Part shown: piece after piece, positions 50,760-63,000 of the stretch | How the letters are laid out: the number at the start of each line of letters is the position of its first letter | Position numbering within the stretch: position 1 is the stretch's first letter | Assembly: GCA_026770705.1 (NCBI GenBank) | Contig: JANJGN010000031.1 | Coordinates: forward strand, 868,001-932,000 | Direction of reading: 5' to 3' | Source of the DNA: Isurus oxyrinchus | Lineage: Eukaryota | DNA length: 64,000 nucleotides | The notes under the pieces: generated by a model | The model's input: only the letters and a program-made list of their open reading frames with translations | Told to the model about the DNA's origin: nothing | Database searches by the model: none | Translations under genes and position numbers: made by a program

Positions 50760-52880
50760 GCTCATAAGAAACAAAGGCAAGAGTAGACCATTCTTGCCCT
50801 ACAGCCTGCTATATTATTCCATTCGAACATGGCTGATCTGAGTGTGGTCTGAATCCACTTTCCTGACGGCCCTACATAACTCTTGACTCCCCTGTACATC
50901 AAAACTCTGTCTAACGCAGCCTTGAACATATTCAATGGCCCAGCATCAACTGCCCTCCGGGGAGAAGAATTCCAACGATTAAAGGCCCTGTAAACTTTCC
51001 CTCATCTCCCTCTGCAACAGGAGACACTGTCCTTTTAATCTGTGCCTCCTAGTTTGCCTCACAAGGGTAAACAGCTTCTCAGCATCGACCCTATTATGTC
51101 TCTCGGAATCTTAAATGTTTCAATAAGGTGATCTCCCATTCTTCTAAACTCCACTGGATATATGCAGAAGCTACTGAAGCTTTCACCATAAATCAACCCT
51201 TTGGTCTCATTAATGAACCTAGTGAACATTCTCGGAACTGCTTCCAGTGCAAATATATCCCTCCTCATGTATGACTGGAACTTACACAGTGCTCCAAATG
51301 CGGTTTCACCAAGGTCTTGTAACATTTGCCCAGGATTTCACTGGTTTAATATTCCACCCCCTTTCAATAAATGCCAACATTCCATTTTCCTCCCTATTAC
51401 ATTGCTGTACCTGAAAGTTGATTTTTTGTGATTCTTGCACAAGGTCACCCAGATCCCTCTGCACCGCAGCATTCTGCAGTCTTTCTCCATTCACAATAAT
51501 GCACTACTTTTCTATTCTTTCTGCCGAAGTTGACAACCTCAAATTTTCCCACATTCCTATCTTCCTTTTTTGCCCACTAACAACCTATCGCACCATTGCA
51601 GACTCTTTGTATCCTCCTCACAACTGACTTTACTTCTTGTTTTTGTATCATCAGCAAATTTGGCTAAAATGCAGTCTGTCACTTAGTCTAAGTTATTAAT
51701 ATAGATTGTAAATAGTTGCGGTCATAACGCTAATCTTTGAGGCACTCCATTAGTTCAGTTTACCAACCTGAAAAATACGCCTTTATTAACTTTCTGTTTC
51801 CTGTTAGTTTCCCAAACAATGCCCACGCTAAAATATAACCCCCACCATGATATCTCCAGTCGTAATTTTTTTTTGTGGCACGTTATCGAAAATCTTCTTA
51901 GAAGTGCAAATCAACTGCCTCCCTTCTGCCCGCTCTGTTTGTGACATACCCTAAGAACGCTAACAAATTTGTAAAACAGGATTTCACTTTCATAAAACCA
52001 TGTCGACTCTGCATGATAGCACGGATGTTATCAATATATCCTGCTACTAGTTCCTTAATTATGGATTTCAGCATTTTCCCTATTCCTGATGTTAAGCTCA
52101 CTGGCCTAAAGTTTCCTGCTTTTGGTTCCCACTCCTTTTTTGAGTAGATGTGTTGCATTTGCAATTTTCAAAGCCGCTAGAACCTTTTCAGAATTCTGGC
52201 AATATTGGAATTTGAATGCATTCGCTATTTCTGGAACACTTCGTTTAAAATCGTATGATGCGGCTTTCAGGCCCACTGGACTTCCCAGCGTGTAGTCACA
52301 TTAGTTTACCTAGCACATTTTCCCTAGCGATCGTGATTGTTTTAAGCTCCTCCTTTCTTTCCTTCTCGATTTTCTTTTCTCTGTGTCAAATACATTCAAA
52401 GCTTCGGCCAGTTTCTTGCTTACCATTATTAATTCCCCAGTCTCAACCTCTGAGGGAATAACGCTTAGCTTAGCTGCTAGTTTCCAGGGTATTATACTTA
52501 CAGCAGATTTAACTGTCTAGTTTTATATTTTGGGCGAGTTTACCTCAATTTATTTATCTTTAATATATTGTCAGTTATCCTTTGCTAGTTTATATACTTT
52601 TCCAAATTGGTTTTCTTGCTGCAAATTTTTGCAGTATTTTGCACCTTTTCTTTCAATTTAACAAAACCCTAAAGTTCTATACTTAGGCAATCATGCTACC
52701 TTCATTCTCAGGAAATGCGTCATTCTCAATGGAATATACCTTTGCTGAGCATTATGAAATATTTTTCTGCCACTGCTTCTCTAATGTCTTATCTTCCAAC
52801 TTTTTTCCAGCTGCCTTTAACCAACTCTGTCTTCCTAACTTTGTAATTGCCTTTATTTTGGTTTAAGACTCTAGTTTCAG
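50760..52880 (-). mobile_element. CR1-group LINE, decayed ORF2 (likely continues at about 55210-56400)
   Basis: GNFRPVSLTSGIGKML...RHGFMKVKSCFTNL, QRDLGDLVQES, LEAVPRMFTRFI. Confidence 0.85.
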
Positions 52881-52894
52881 ACAAATTTCTTACA

Positions 52895-55200
52895 TTAAAA
52901 CTGAACGAGAGGGCAGGCATTGTTAGAACTGGTTCTGGAGAATGAGTTGACCCAAGTGGATCCAAGTGAAGAGCGTTTAGAGGACGGTGACCATTCTATC
53001 ATAAGGTTTGGGTTAATCATGGAAAAGGGCAGGGAACAATCCAGAGCAGGGATAATTAATTGGGGAAAGCCAACTTCGATGGGATGAGAATGCATCTGAG
53101 TCGACTGAGTTGGAATCAAATATTGGCAGAAAAGACGGTGGCTGAACACTGGGCTCCCTTCAGAGGGATGGTATTGCAGGCAGCGTTAAGGTATATTCCC
53201 TTGAATGGGAAAATGTGCACAAATAAATCTAGAACACTCTGGATGATGAGAGAAATAGAGGCAAAGATGAATAGGAAGAAGTACACCTATGACACATGTC
53301 AGGCAGAAAATACAATGAGGAATCAAGCTAAATATAAAAGGACCATTGAGGAAATGAAAAAAATAATGATCAAATATCCAAGGAGGGAGCATGAAAAGAG
53401 ACTGGCTGTTAACATAAAAGGGAATCCCAAGATCTTCTCTAAGCATGTTAATAATGAAAGGGTGGTAAAATAAAGGGCAAAGCGAATTAGGGATAAAAGA
53501 GGGTATTTTCATGTGGAGGCAGGGGAAGTTGTGGAGATATTAAATGAGTACTTTGCATCCGTCTTTACAAAGGAAGAAGATGCTACCCAGGCCAAGATGA
53601 GAGAGGAGGCACCTCGTACACTCGGGGAATTTATAATTGAGAACAGGGAGGCATTAGAAAATTAAAATTGAGAAGGCACCTGGACCGGATGAGGCGTATC
53701 TCAGGATACTGAGAGAGGTGAGAGTGGGAATTTCAGAGGCACTGGTGGTACTCTTCCAGTCTTCCTTATAGACGGGGTGGTGCTGGATTGCTGGAAAATT
53801 GTGAATGCTAAACCCTTGTTCAAAAAGGTGTGCAAGGATAAAGCTCGTAACTACAGACCAGTCAGTTTGATTTCAGTCGTATGGAAACTTCAGGAAACTA
53901 TAGTTTGGGATGAAATGAATAGCCAGTTAGACCGATTTAGTTTAATTAAAGAAAACCAGCATGGATTCATTAAGGGAAAATCATGTTTAACTCACTTGCG
54001 GGGGTTATTTTTGAGGAGGTAACAGAGAAGGTTGATAAAGTCAATGCTGTTGTTGTGGTGTATATGGATTTTCAAAGGGCATTTGACAGTATCAGACAAC
54101 AGATTTGTGAGCAAAATTCTCGCTCATGGAATAAAAGGGAAAGTAGGCACTTGCATAAGGAATTGGCCGATGGACAGGAAACAGGGAGCAGTCATAAATG
54201 GTTGTTTTTCAGATTGGAAGAAGGTCTGTAGTGGAGTTCCCCGGGGGTCAGTGTTTGCATGCTTGCTATTCCTGATATACATTAATGACCTAGACTGTGG
54301 TGTGCAGGGCATAAGTTCAACATTTGCGGATGGTATGAAGATTGGGAACATTGTCAACTGTGATGGGGATAGTCTTGAACTTCAAAAGGGCATAGACATG
54401 TTGTTGGCTTGCATAGAGAATTGGCAGATGAAGTTCAATGTGGAGAAGTGTGAGGTGATTCATTTTGGCCAGAAAAATGTAGAGAGACAGAGTGAAATAC
54501 AGGGAGAAGCTCTAAAGAGGTGCAGGAACTGAAGGATCTCGGTATATATGTGCTTAAGTCATTGAAGAGTGCAGGGCGTGTCGAGAGAGCAGTTAATAAA
54601 GCATATGGTATCCTCGGTTTGATTAATAGGGGCATTGGGTACAACAGTAAGGAGGTCTTGTTGAACAGGTGTAAGACACCAGTTATGCCTCATCTGGAGT
54701 ACTGCATCCAGTTCTGGGCGCTATATCTGAGGAAGGATGTGAAGCATTGGAAGGAGTGCAGAGGAGATTCACAAGAATGAGTCCAGTGATAAAGAACTGT
54801 AACGATGGACATAGATTGGAGATGTTGGGATCATTTTCCATGGAGGAAAGAAGGCCAAGAGGAGACTTGATAGCCGAATTCAAGATCCTCAGGTGTATGG
54901 GCAAGGTAAATGGTAAGGAACATCTCCCACTCAACATTACGTCGTCAACTAAAGGGCACAGATTCATAATAATGGGGAAAAATGAGTAAATTTGATGTGA
55001 ATAACAGTTTTTTCACCCAAAGGGTGGTTGGAGTCTGGAATGAACTTCCTGAAAGGGTGGTAGAGGCAGGCTCAGTCAAGGTGTACTGAAAAGAAAAAAT
55101 ATGCAAGGTTAAAGGATAAGGCAGGGGAGTGGTCTATCAGAGAGCCAGTGCAAACTCCCTGGGCCGAATGAACTCCATCTGCACTGTAAAGATACAGTTA
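52895..55200 (+). mobile_element. CR1-group LINE, decayed ORF2
   Basis: NYRPVSLISVVWKL, QHGFIKGKSCLT, SGVPRGSV, FADGMKIG, WQMKFNVEKCEVIHFG, PHLEYCIQFWA. Confidence 0.9.
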
Positions 55201-55209
55201 TTCTGTGAA

Positions 55210-56400
55210 AGTGAAACTTGATCATGTCATGACAATTTTCGCCCAGAGGATCCATTACTCTGAGGTAATTAATAAATCCTGTCTAATCACACATTATAGG
55301 CGTAGAATCGCATGCTCCCAGGTGCTTTCTAGATGCATTGCTCTTACAATCTGCCCCAAATACACTCTATGAACTCATCTTCCAGGCCACCTCTACGAAC
55401 TCGATTTGTCACATCTGCATGAAGATTAAAACCTCCCACAACTGATGCAGTACCTTTCTTAGAAGACGCCATTATTTCTTAATTTATAGCCCGTGTTATA
55501 GTGTTCCTACCATCGGGCCAAAACGCTACTCCCACCAATGAATTGCATTCTTTGCTTTATTTTCTCCCCCTACAAAACTGACTCGACATCTTAATATTCT
55601 GACACAGGATCATTTCTCATTAATGTAGTGATCACATCCTTTATCAACAGAGCTGCCTTACCTGTTCTTGTTCCTAGCTTTCTGAAATGTCAAACAACTT
55701 GCAATAATCACTTCCCGGCCTTTGTCACCTTGCAGCCAAATCTCTAAAGGGCTGTCACATTATTCACATTGATATCGATTAATTTCTGTCAATATGTACA
55801 CCTTGTTACGAAGGCTGTGTGCATTTAGATTTAAATTAAAACAGACATTTTTAATTTTGTCCTTTGTTTTATCATTTTTCCCTATTCTGGTCTTAACTGT
55901 TTGTGCACTTTTACGTTCATGCGTTCTCTCCCTTGCTGTGATAATCTCCTTGTATTGCTGGCATTCACTATTGCCTTGTCCTTTCTCCTTAACTTTACAT
56001 TTTTTCCCAAGTGAATCCCCCACGCAACTATTAGGTTTCAAGCCCCCTTTACAGCCCCAGGTATATGATTGGCCAGCAGACTGGTCGCTGTGTGGTTTCG
56101 CTTAGGTTTGCTCAATGATACAGCTCCCCCTTTCTCCATTACTCGTATCAGCGCCTGAAAAATCGAGATCCATCACTCTTACATGCAAGTTTTAGCCACT
56201 CATTCAATTCTAAGCTCTTAGTTACCTTGTGACAATTTGCCCGTGCCTCGGATAATTATCTGGGGATTATTGCCATGGTGGTTTTGCTTTCTTAATGTAT
56301 CTACCATTGCTCGCACTTCCTCAGCAGAACCTCTTTCTTAGTCCCAGCTATGACTTCAGTACCCACGTGGACCACAATTAGTGGATCCATCCTCTCCCAT
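55210..56400 (-). mobile_element. CR1-group LINE 5' portion (endonuclease start)
   Basis: CFNLNLNAHSLRNKV (endonuclease N-terminal NA.SL.NK motif) in ORF 55760-56041. Confidence 0.6.
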
Positions 56401-57999
56401 TTCATGTTATTTTATCATTGGAATTTTAAAAATGTTCCTCTGTATTCCAATATCCAAGTGAGTTCCACATATTTACATTGAAAAAGTAGTAGTCCTGCCG
56501 ACGACCATCAGGCGACACTGCCATAATCCATTCTGAAAAGCAACCATTTCCTGCGATTCGATTTTTTTGTCCTTAAGCCACTTTTTATCCAGGCTGACAC
56601 TGAACCTCTTCTCCCATAAGCCCTAATTTTGTTAACCACAGTTTAAGTGCAGCACTTGATGAAACACTTTCCTATAATCCATAGAGTCAACGTGTGGCTC
56701 CAGATTCACAGTAAAGTGGTTGACTCTTAAATGCTTTTTGAAAAGCCCTAGCTAGCCATTCAGTTCAAGGCAGTTAGGGATGGGTAAGAAATGCCAGCCT
56801 AGTCAGTCACCAAAATCCCATGAAATAATATATTTTTTTAAAAGCTGTTTCAACGTTTCATGTTACATTATCAAAAAAATCAATTTGTCAATCACCATCT
56901 GCTTGTTTACAGTTCGACTGGTATTTGAAATGAGGATCGGGCCTGTTACAATTTCAGAAGGAATTTAGAAAAAGATACTTCATTGCGAAAAAGGAGATGG
57001 TGCAAAGTGAATGGCAGCAGCTGGGCCGTAAATCACCTCAGTGAAAGTGTTCAAAATCCATCTCTTCTGTATCTGCCTAAATGCATTTCTGAAATGCAGT
57101 CAAGAAGAATTTGTATCGACCAGAATTGGCTTTCGGTCTTTGAGACTGGGAAGGGGTTGGGGGGTTGGGTGGGTGGGGCGGGGGGGGGGGGGGGGGGGGG
57201 TGGGTGTGGGGTGTGGGGGTGGGTTTAAAATCTTAACTAGAATCTATCCAGTCTTAGAAATGTGCCATTCAGTAAACTCGGAATGATAAATGAGCTACTG
57301 TGTAACAATCATAAAGGAGGAAATCAAAACTACATCACAAAGAAGATGGATTAAAAATAATAACTGGATCAAAAGTAACAACAAAATGATGAGAACAATA
57401 CTGCAGGTTTATGGAATTTATGGCTGGACCAATGAACCAAGCGAGCGCAGCAAAAATAGCAAGAATAGAACGAAAATATCTTCAAACTCCATGGCTTCAG
57501 TGCTGCTTATATGTGAAGAGGATTATTTGGAACTCTTCCCTTGACAAACAAAGATATTTCACCAATGCTACAACCCCCACTCCTCACGCCCTCCCCTGCC
57601 CCCTCAAATCTCTCTCCCTCTCTTTCCGTGGAGAAGTTTAAACCTGTCAATGTGGAGGTGATGATCTGACACCCACTATGGAATAATATTAATAATAACA
57701 GAGCCCCGCCCCTAACCCAGTGACGCAATAAGGGCCAATTGAAACTGTCGTTAATTAATGAAGAATTTCTGTTCACCCCTTGCTTGATGACATTCTTGAC
57801 ACCAAAGTTATTTAAGCAGCTGACAAATTGTCCAAATTCCGTTTGGAAGCCACTATTTGGTCTGCCTTCACAAACCCCCAGGATATGCATTCCAGATGCT
57901 AACCGATTACCACTTGAAACGGTTTTCCCTAACGTCATCGTTGGTACTTTTGCCATTCACCTTAAATCGGTGTCCCCTGCTTCACGATCCTTCCGCCAA

Positions 58000-58470
58000 T
58001 GGGAACAGGCTTTTCCTGTCTGCTCCCCCCTGACGCCTCATGCTTTGGAACATCTCTCTCAAATATCACCAGAAGCTTTTGTCCTCCAAGAAGCTTCTCC
58101 AACCAATTCATGTAAGCGGCGTCCCTTATCCCCACAACCATTCTCGTAAATCTTTCCTGCAGGATTTCCGTTCATATCCCTCCTAAAATATGGAGCCCGG
58201 AACTGGACACTGTACTCCAGTTGAGACCAAAACAGTGTTTTGTAAAGGTCCAACATACCTTCCTTGCTTTTGCACGCTTATTTCTCGATTTGCAAAGCTC
58301 ACGATTCCAGATGCCTGATGAACTGCTTTCTCAGCCACCACTGCCACACTAAACGATTCTATGCACAGATACCTCAGGTCCCTCTGCTCTTGCGTTCCGT
58401 TTAGAGTTTAGAATCCTTTATTTACATCACCTTTGCTCGTTATTCCGACCAAATGCATCACATGGCACAT
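58000..58470 (-). mobile_element. CR1 3' fragment
   Basis: MLDLYKTLFWSQLEYSVQFRAPYFRRD. Confidence 0.75.
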
Positions 58471-58778
58471 CTTCACGAATAATGAACAATATATTATTTT
58501 CAATCATAACCAGGTGCTGATGATCGGGAAAACAATATGATACTCTCAAACTGTTGGAATCAATAATCACGGAATAATATTATGAGATGATACGATCTAT
58601 CTATCATCCGCCTGCCCATCTCTCTCTTTTTCAGACTACCGAACCATTAATTAGTTATCTATTGAACCATTGGACTAGAGGTGAAAGACATAGATATAAG
58701 ATACAAAGACCGAGACCCAGTTAGTCTCTGAGACCAGAAATTCGAACACAACACTATGGCTACAGAATTGACATTAGT

Positions 58779-59122
58779 ATTCACTGCCATGACGCACACC
58801 GGACATGAATCATTGTGCTCCATCACTTGCAGCGTAGTAATACATCACTGTGTCATCGCAGTCTACAATCAGAATTTTAAGAATGTATCTTTTGAGTTAG
58901 GGTCTCAGCACCTCGAATCACGTTTCCAACCCAGCCTTAAAAGCCAGTTCACTCCCAGAAACGTTTATCACCACAAGCTTGAGGCCCTGTGCATGGTACT
59001 GGCGGTACCAGAGCATCCTGATATGATGGGTGCCATCCTGTTGACATTTTGTGTTGTGTTCTCCCCTCGTCCCGCGGCCAATTGTTTGGGAACCTGAGAG
59101 ACTGAAGCACATCGAAAATAGT
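58779..59122 (-). pseudogene. TRBV: TCR beta V pseudogene with degenerate RSS
   Basis: Acceptor ttgtttcccgcttcag. Exon 59122-58818 reads YFRCASVSQVPKQLAAGRGENTT / KCQQDGTHHIRMLWYRQYHAQGLKLVVINVSGSELAFKAGLET*FEVLRP*LKRYILKILIVDCDDTVMYYYAASDG, with a frameshift, two stops and Cys to Tyr. Heptamer CACAATG at 58817-58811, nonamer degenerate. Leader not securely found (candidate MELSLLL at 59592). Confidence 0.88.
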
Positions 59123-59908
59123 CTGAAGCGGGAAACAAGGCACAGCATTCAGTTAATGCAGCAACATCAAAGAAAAGTCTGGATAACTCGGGTTCCGGTA
59201 TATCACAGAACATTTTCTAATAAATGAGAGCTTAGGAGTTAGGCAGCACATGAAGCAAAGCATTCAGCCCATCGTGTTTGTGACAGCTATTTGAAATCCA
59301 ATCAGTCCCAATCCTCGAATGTTCCCCTGTAAATTTAGTTTTCAACGCAATTTAATCACCATTATTTATTTCTTTTAGAAAATAGAAAAAAATCGCCTGG
59401 TAGTATATACATCGGTCCACAACCAAATATTTGAATATAATAGTTTAATGCCATATAAAAAATAAATAACCTGAATGAATGATGTTATATACAGATCATT
59501 AATTATATTTGCTGACGGAACTAAGTTAAAATACAATAAAAACAGCGATTGGAAGTTCGTTAACAACGCATGAGCAGGAGACTCAATTCCATCTTCCTAG
59601 GAAATGTAAGGTAATGGCCGGCAGAGGGAGGAGGAGAAAGAAAATATAGAGCCTATTGTTGAGGACACCCGTGAAACGTGTGGAAATGGCGTCACAGATA
59701 ATACAGATCCCCCTGTCTGAATGCTACGAACGGAAGTAAATTATTATGCTACGGAAATGATTCAAATGTTTTGATTTCTACCAGCTTCTGATCTATCTTA
59801 TTTATGATAGAAGTGTTTTGGATATTTCAGATCCGAAATGAAAGCTAAATACGGCATGCTGGAAATCTGAAATAAATTTCGGGTTCTAAAGAGGAGCTTT
59901 TTTTTTAA

Positions 59909-60063
59909 CAGGGGAAAGCGCGAACGCAGTCCTCCACTTTTTCAGTCGCGTGTCCCGCATTTGAGGACATCGCAGGCGTCAGCACACCCGGAGTGCAATG
60001 AGGTAGCCTCATCCAGGGAGCGCAATCTTCATGATTAATGTTTCTCCCTTGCCATGTAAGCCT
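59909..60063 (-). pseudogene. RNU1: U1 snRNA-derived copy (variant or retrocopy) lacking the Sm site
   Basis: Minus strand reads CTTACATGGCAAGGGAGA...CATTGCACTCCGGGTGTGCTGAC...GACTG-AAAAA-GTGGAGGACTGCGTTCGCGCTTTCCCCTG, then TT and A9. Collinear with vertebrate U1 over its full length except the Sm region. Confidence 0.9.
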
Positions 60064-63000
60064 CATTAGACTCAAAAATGTAGGCCGTACCTTCCGAGCT
60101 CCGCAGTCTGGAATTTGGGTGGTACCCCAGAAATGCGCTGGGAAACCAGTCCCGGAACTTTCAAAGGAGGGGTTTCCACTGCAATTGCCCAGAAGTGCAA
60201 ACTTTCTATGAGCTACTGCCCTGCACCGGGAACCAACGTAAAATGCGATTTATTCGCAAACTTCAGCTGGTTCTGGCTGGGTTAGACAAATAGTTAGCCA
60301 GAAAAAGTTGGGAGAATTAATACCTCTTCTAACTTCTGGGTAACGATACCAAATGCACAGAACACACCCACCCGCTCCACGTGACGATCCACCCCGCCAC
60401 CGAGCTTCCAGGAAACTCCCACCCACCCACCAAACGCCCCAAAACCCCAGCAACCCCCGCAAAACTTTCGACAAACCCACTACACGTTATTCCACCCCCT
60501 CCCCACACCCCCACCCGGCACCGCATGGGATTTCACCCAATCCGGCCAGATTCGGTGTTCCCCATCACTCCCTGCGGGCCCGACGCCCACTTGACCCGAC
60601 ACCCACCATCCAGACGCACCCCGCCCTCCACCGCCTGACCCGACCGGACACGCACCTCGCCTACGCAGGTCTTACCCCCTTCTCGACCCGGCAGGGCGTC
60701 AGCCTCGACCACCGACGCCATCCCCCGTGGAAAGCCAGCTCTCCACCCGACCGCTGATGCCCAGTTCACGCCCTACATTTCCTAATGTACAACACCTTGC
60801 CCACCCTTGTGTCCGACAAAGCCTCCCAACCCAGCGACTGCCCCTCCCCATGTCCAATGTCCACTACCCTCCGATGTCGGCAGCCCCCACACCCCGCCAA
60901 TGTTCGACATACTCCACTCCTCCCCCGATGTCAGACCCTGCACCCCCAATATCCCTCCACCCCTCCTTTGCCCCCATCTATCGCTGGGCTTCTATCCAGC
61001 TGCACCTGAACCACCCCCTTAAACAGTATAAATATCATCACATTTCCACTTCAGCTCTGAAGAAGGCTCAGACGGACTGTAAACATTAACTCTGTTTCTC
61101 TCTCCGCAGATGCTGCTAGACCGGCTCCATTTTAGAAGTTGGTCGATATTTCCAGTTGATGCTGGACATTACCTACAAACCAAATGTACAATATCCAACT
61201 TCAGTTCTTAACTTACTCCGATAAAGCTGGTGTTATCAACAAATAACCTGCATAGTAAAATTAGCTTGCAGTTAGTTAAGAAACAACATGATTATGAGAA
61301 CATCTAATGCCAATAAATATTTTAGTCGATAAAAGAACGTTGAACGGCTTTTGAGAACACGTGCAGATTGAAATAAATTCCGGTTGTTAAATATTTGATT
61401 GCTTTATTTATTATTGCTCGATAACACTATGAACAAATAGCACAATACAGTTTAGCTAATAGTTTTCTTCAAAGCAAGATCCCAGTACAATATCTAGAAA
61501 TATTCCACATATCTCACTCGGGGCCAGAAACTGAGCGGAGGCGAGCAAATCTCTATTCGTGACTCAGGGCAACGGGCGATGTAATGCCTGAACCAAGCTG
61601 ATTATGGGTCATAGGCAAATAGCAACATCGGCGCCTGAAGTCCGGTAAGTAAATAGAAAGAAAATGAGCCTACATTTCTGGAGAGCGTCTGATAATCTCA
61701 AGGCAAACAATGCGCTTTCCAACCAGAGAAGGAACATTTGGAAGTGTAGACAATGCTGTATTATTTGGATGCTCCACTGTTATATTGGCCTTTTGGACAC
61801 TTGTAAAGCAGACAATATATTTTCTAACAGCTCTCGTGAGAAATGCTATGTCCAGCTGGGAAGGCAAATTAAGATATAAAAACAAAAAACTGTGGATGCT
61901 GGAAATCCAAAACAAAAACAAAGCAAATTAAGCCTCGGTTGAATTATTTCCTCACTACTGACCCTCAAACGATTTAAGCACGGACCATCTGACAGTGCAG
62001 CACGGCCTCAGTAGAGACTCTCCAAGACTGCATCTTCCCCTTAGTTTTGCACTAGGCTATCAACGTAAATTATTCACCAACATATTGACTTGGGACTGTT
62101 TGTGCACACTGAACGACAAGAGGGATAATTGACTTCTGTTATGAGCAGAGACTTGCATTGACATCCTTGGAGCAGAGATGGTTAAAGAGAGATTTAGCAG
62201 AATTGTACCAGAATTAAGGGGCATGCGTTATGTGGGGAGACTGGAGAAGATAGTATGCAAGATAATGGGAAGATTTAGCACTTAATGCGCATCGGTTCGA
62301 TAGAGAATTTATGCATAAATTGTTTCTGCTGGCAGGAGAAGTCCGTTTGACCGGCACTCTGTGCACTATATTAAACATTCACTCTCTCCACCACCGATGC
62401 AGAGTGCCAGCAGTATGTTCCACCTACAAGATGCATGGCAGCAACTGACAAAGGCTCCCTCGACAGCACCTAACAACTCGCGACATCTACCTTCCAGCAG
62501 GAGAAGGACAACAGAGACATGGGAACATGAAAGTTCCCCTCCAAGCCACACGCTATTCTAGCTTGAGATTAGACCTCGGCTCCCTCACTGTCACTGGTTC
62601 AAGAAGGCGGCTCACCAGCAATACATTTAGGCATGGGCAACAAGTGGTCCCTTGTCAGCGACGCCCACATCCCACGAATTAATTTTTCAAAAATATTCGT
62701 AGGCAGAGAAATCTGAATCAGCATGGTTGGTAAAAGCAGCAGGGCACAGGGGGAGGTGGTGACGTAGGTGACGTTAGGTATCCAATAGGCACTGTCTAAT
62801 TCTCTGGGAACTGTGTTCAAATACTATGGCAGCTCGAATTTTGATTTGTAAAAATCTCTTTGGAAAGGAGATGTGCCACCTTTACCTGGCGTACATGTGA
62901 ATCCAGGTCTCCAGCGACGTGTCTGCGTCTTAAGCTTCCCGCTGAAATGTACTATTAAACCACTGAGTTCAAGGGAAATTGGGATGGGCAGCAAAATTTT

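Noticed and set aside
58846-58852. Perfect CACAGTG inside FR3 of the V pseudogene (cryptic RSS)
   Set aside because: No nonamer at 12- or 23-nt spacing.
60250-61089. Cluster of Pro/Arg-rich ORFs in C-rich DNA
   Set aside because: Low-complexity cccgac/cacccc-type sequence, probably repeat-derived, with no recognisable domain.
61579-61650. Strong donor CCG|GTAAGT resembling a V leader end
   Set aside because: The upstream frame has stops and is not hydrophobic, and no V exon was found downstream.
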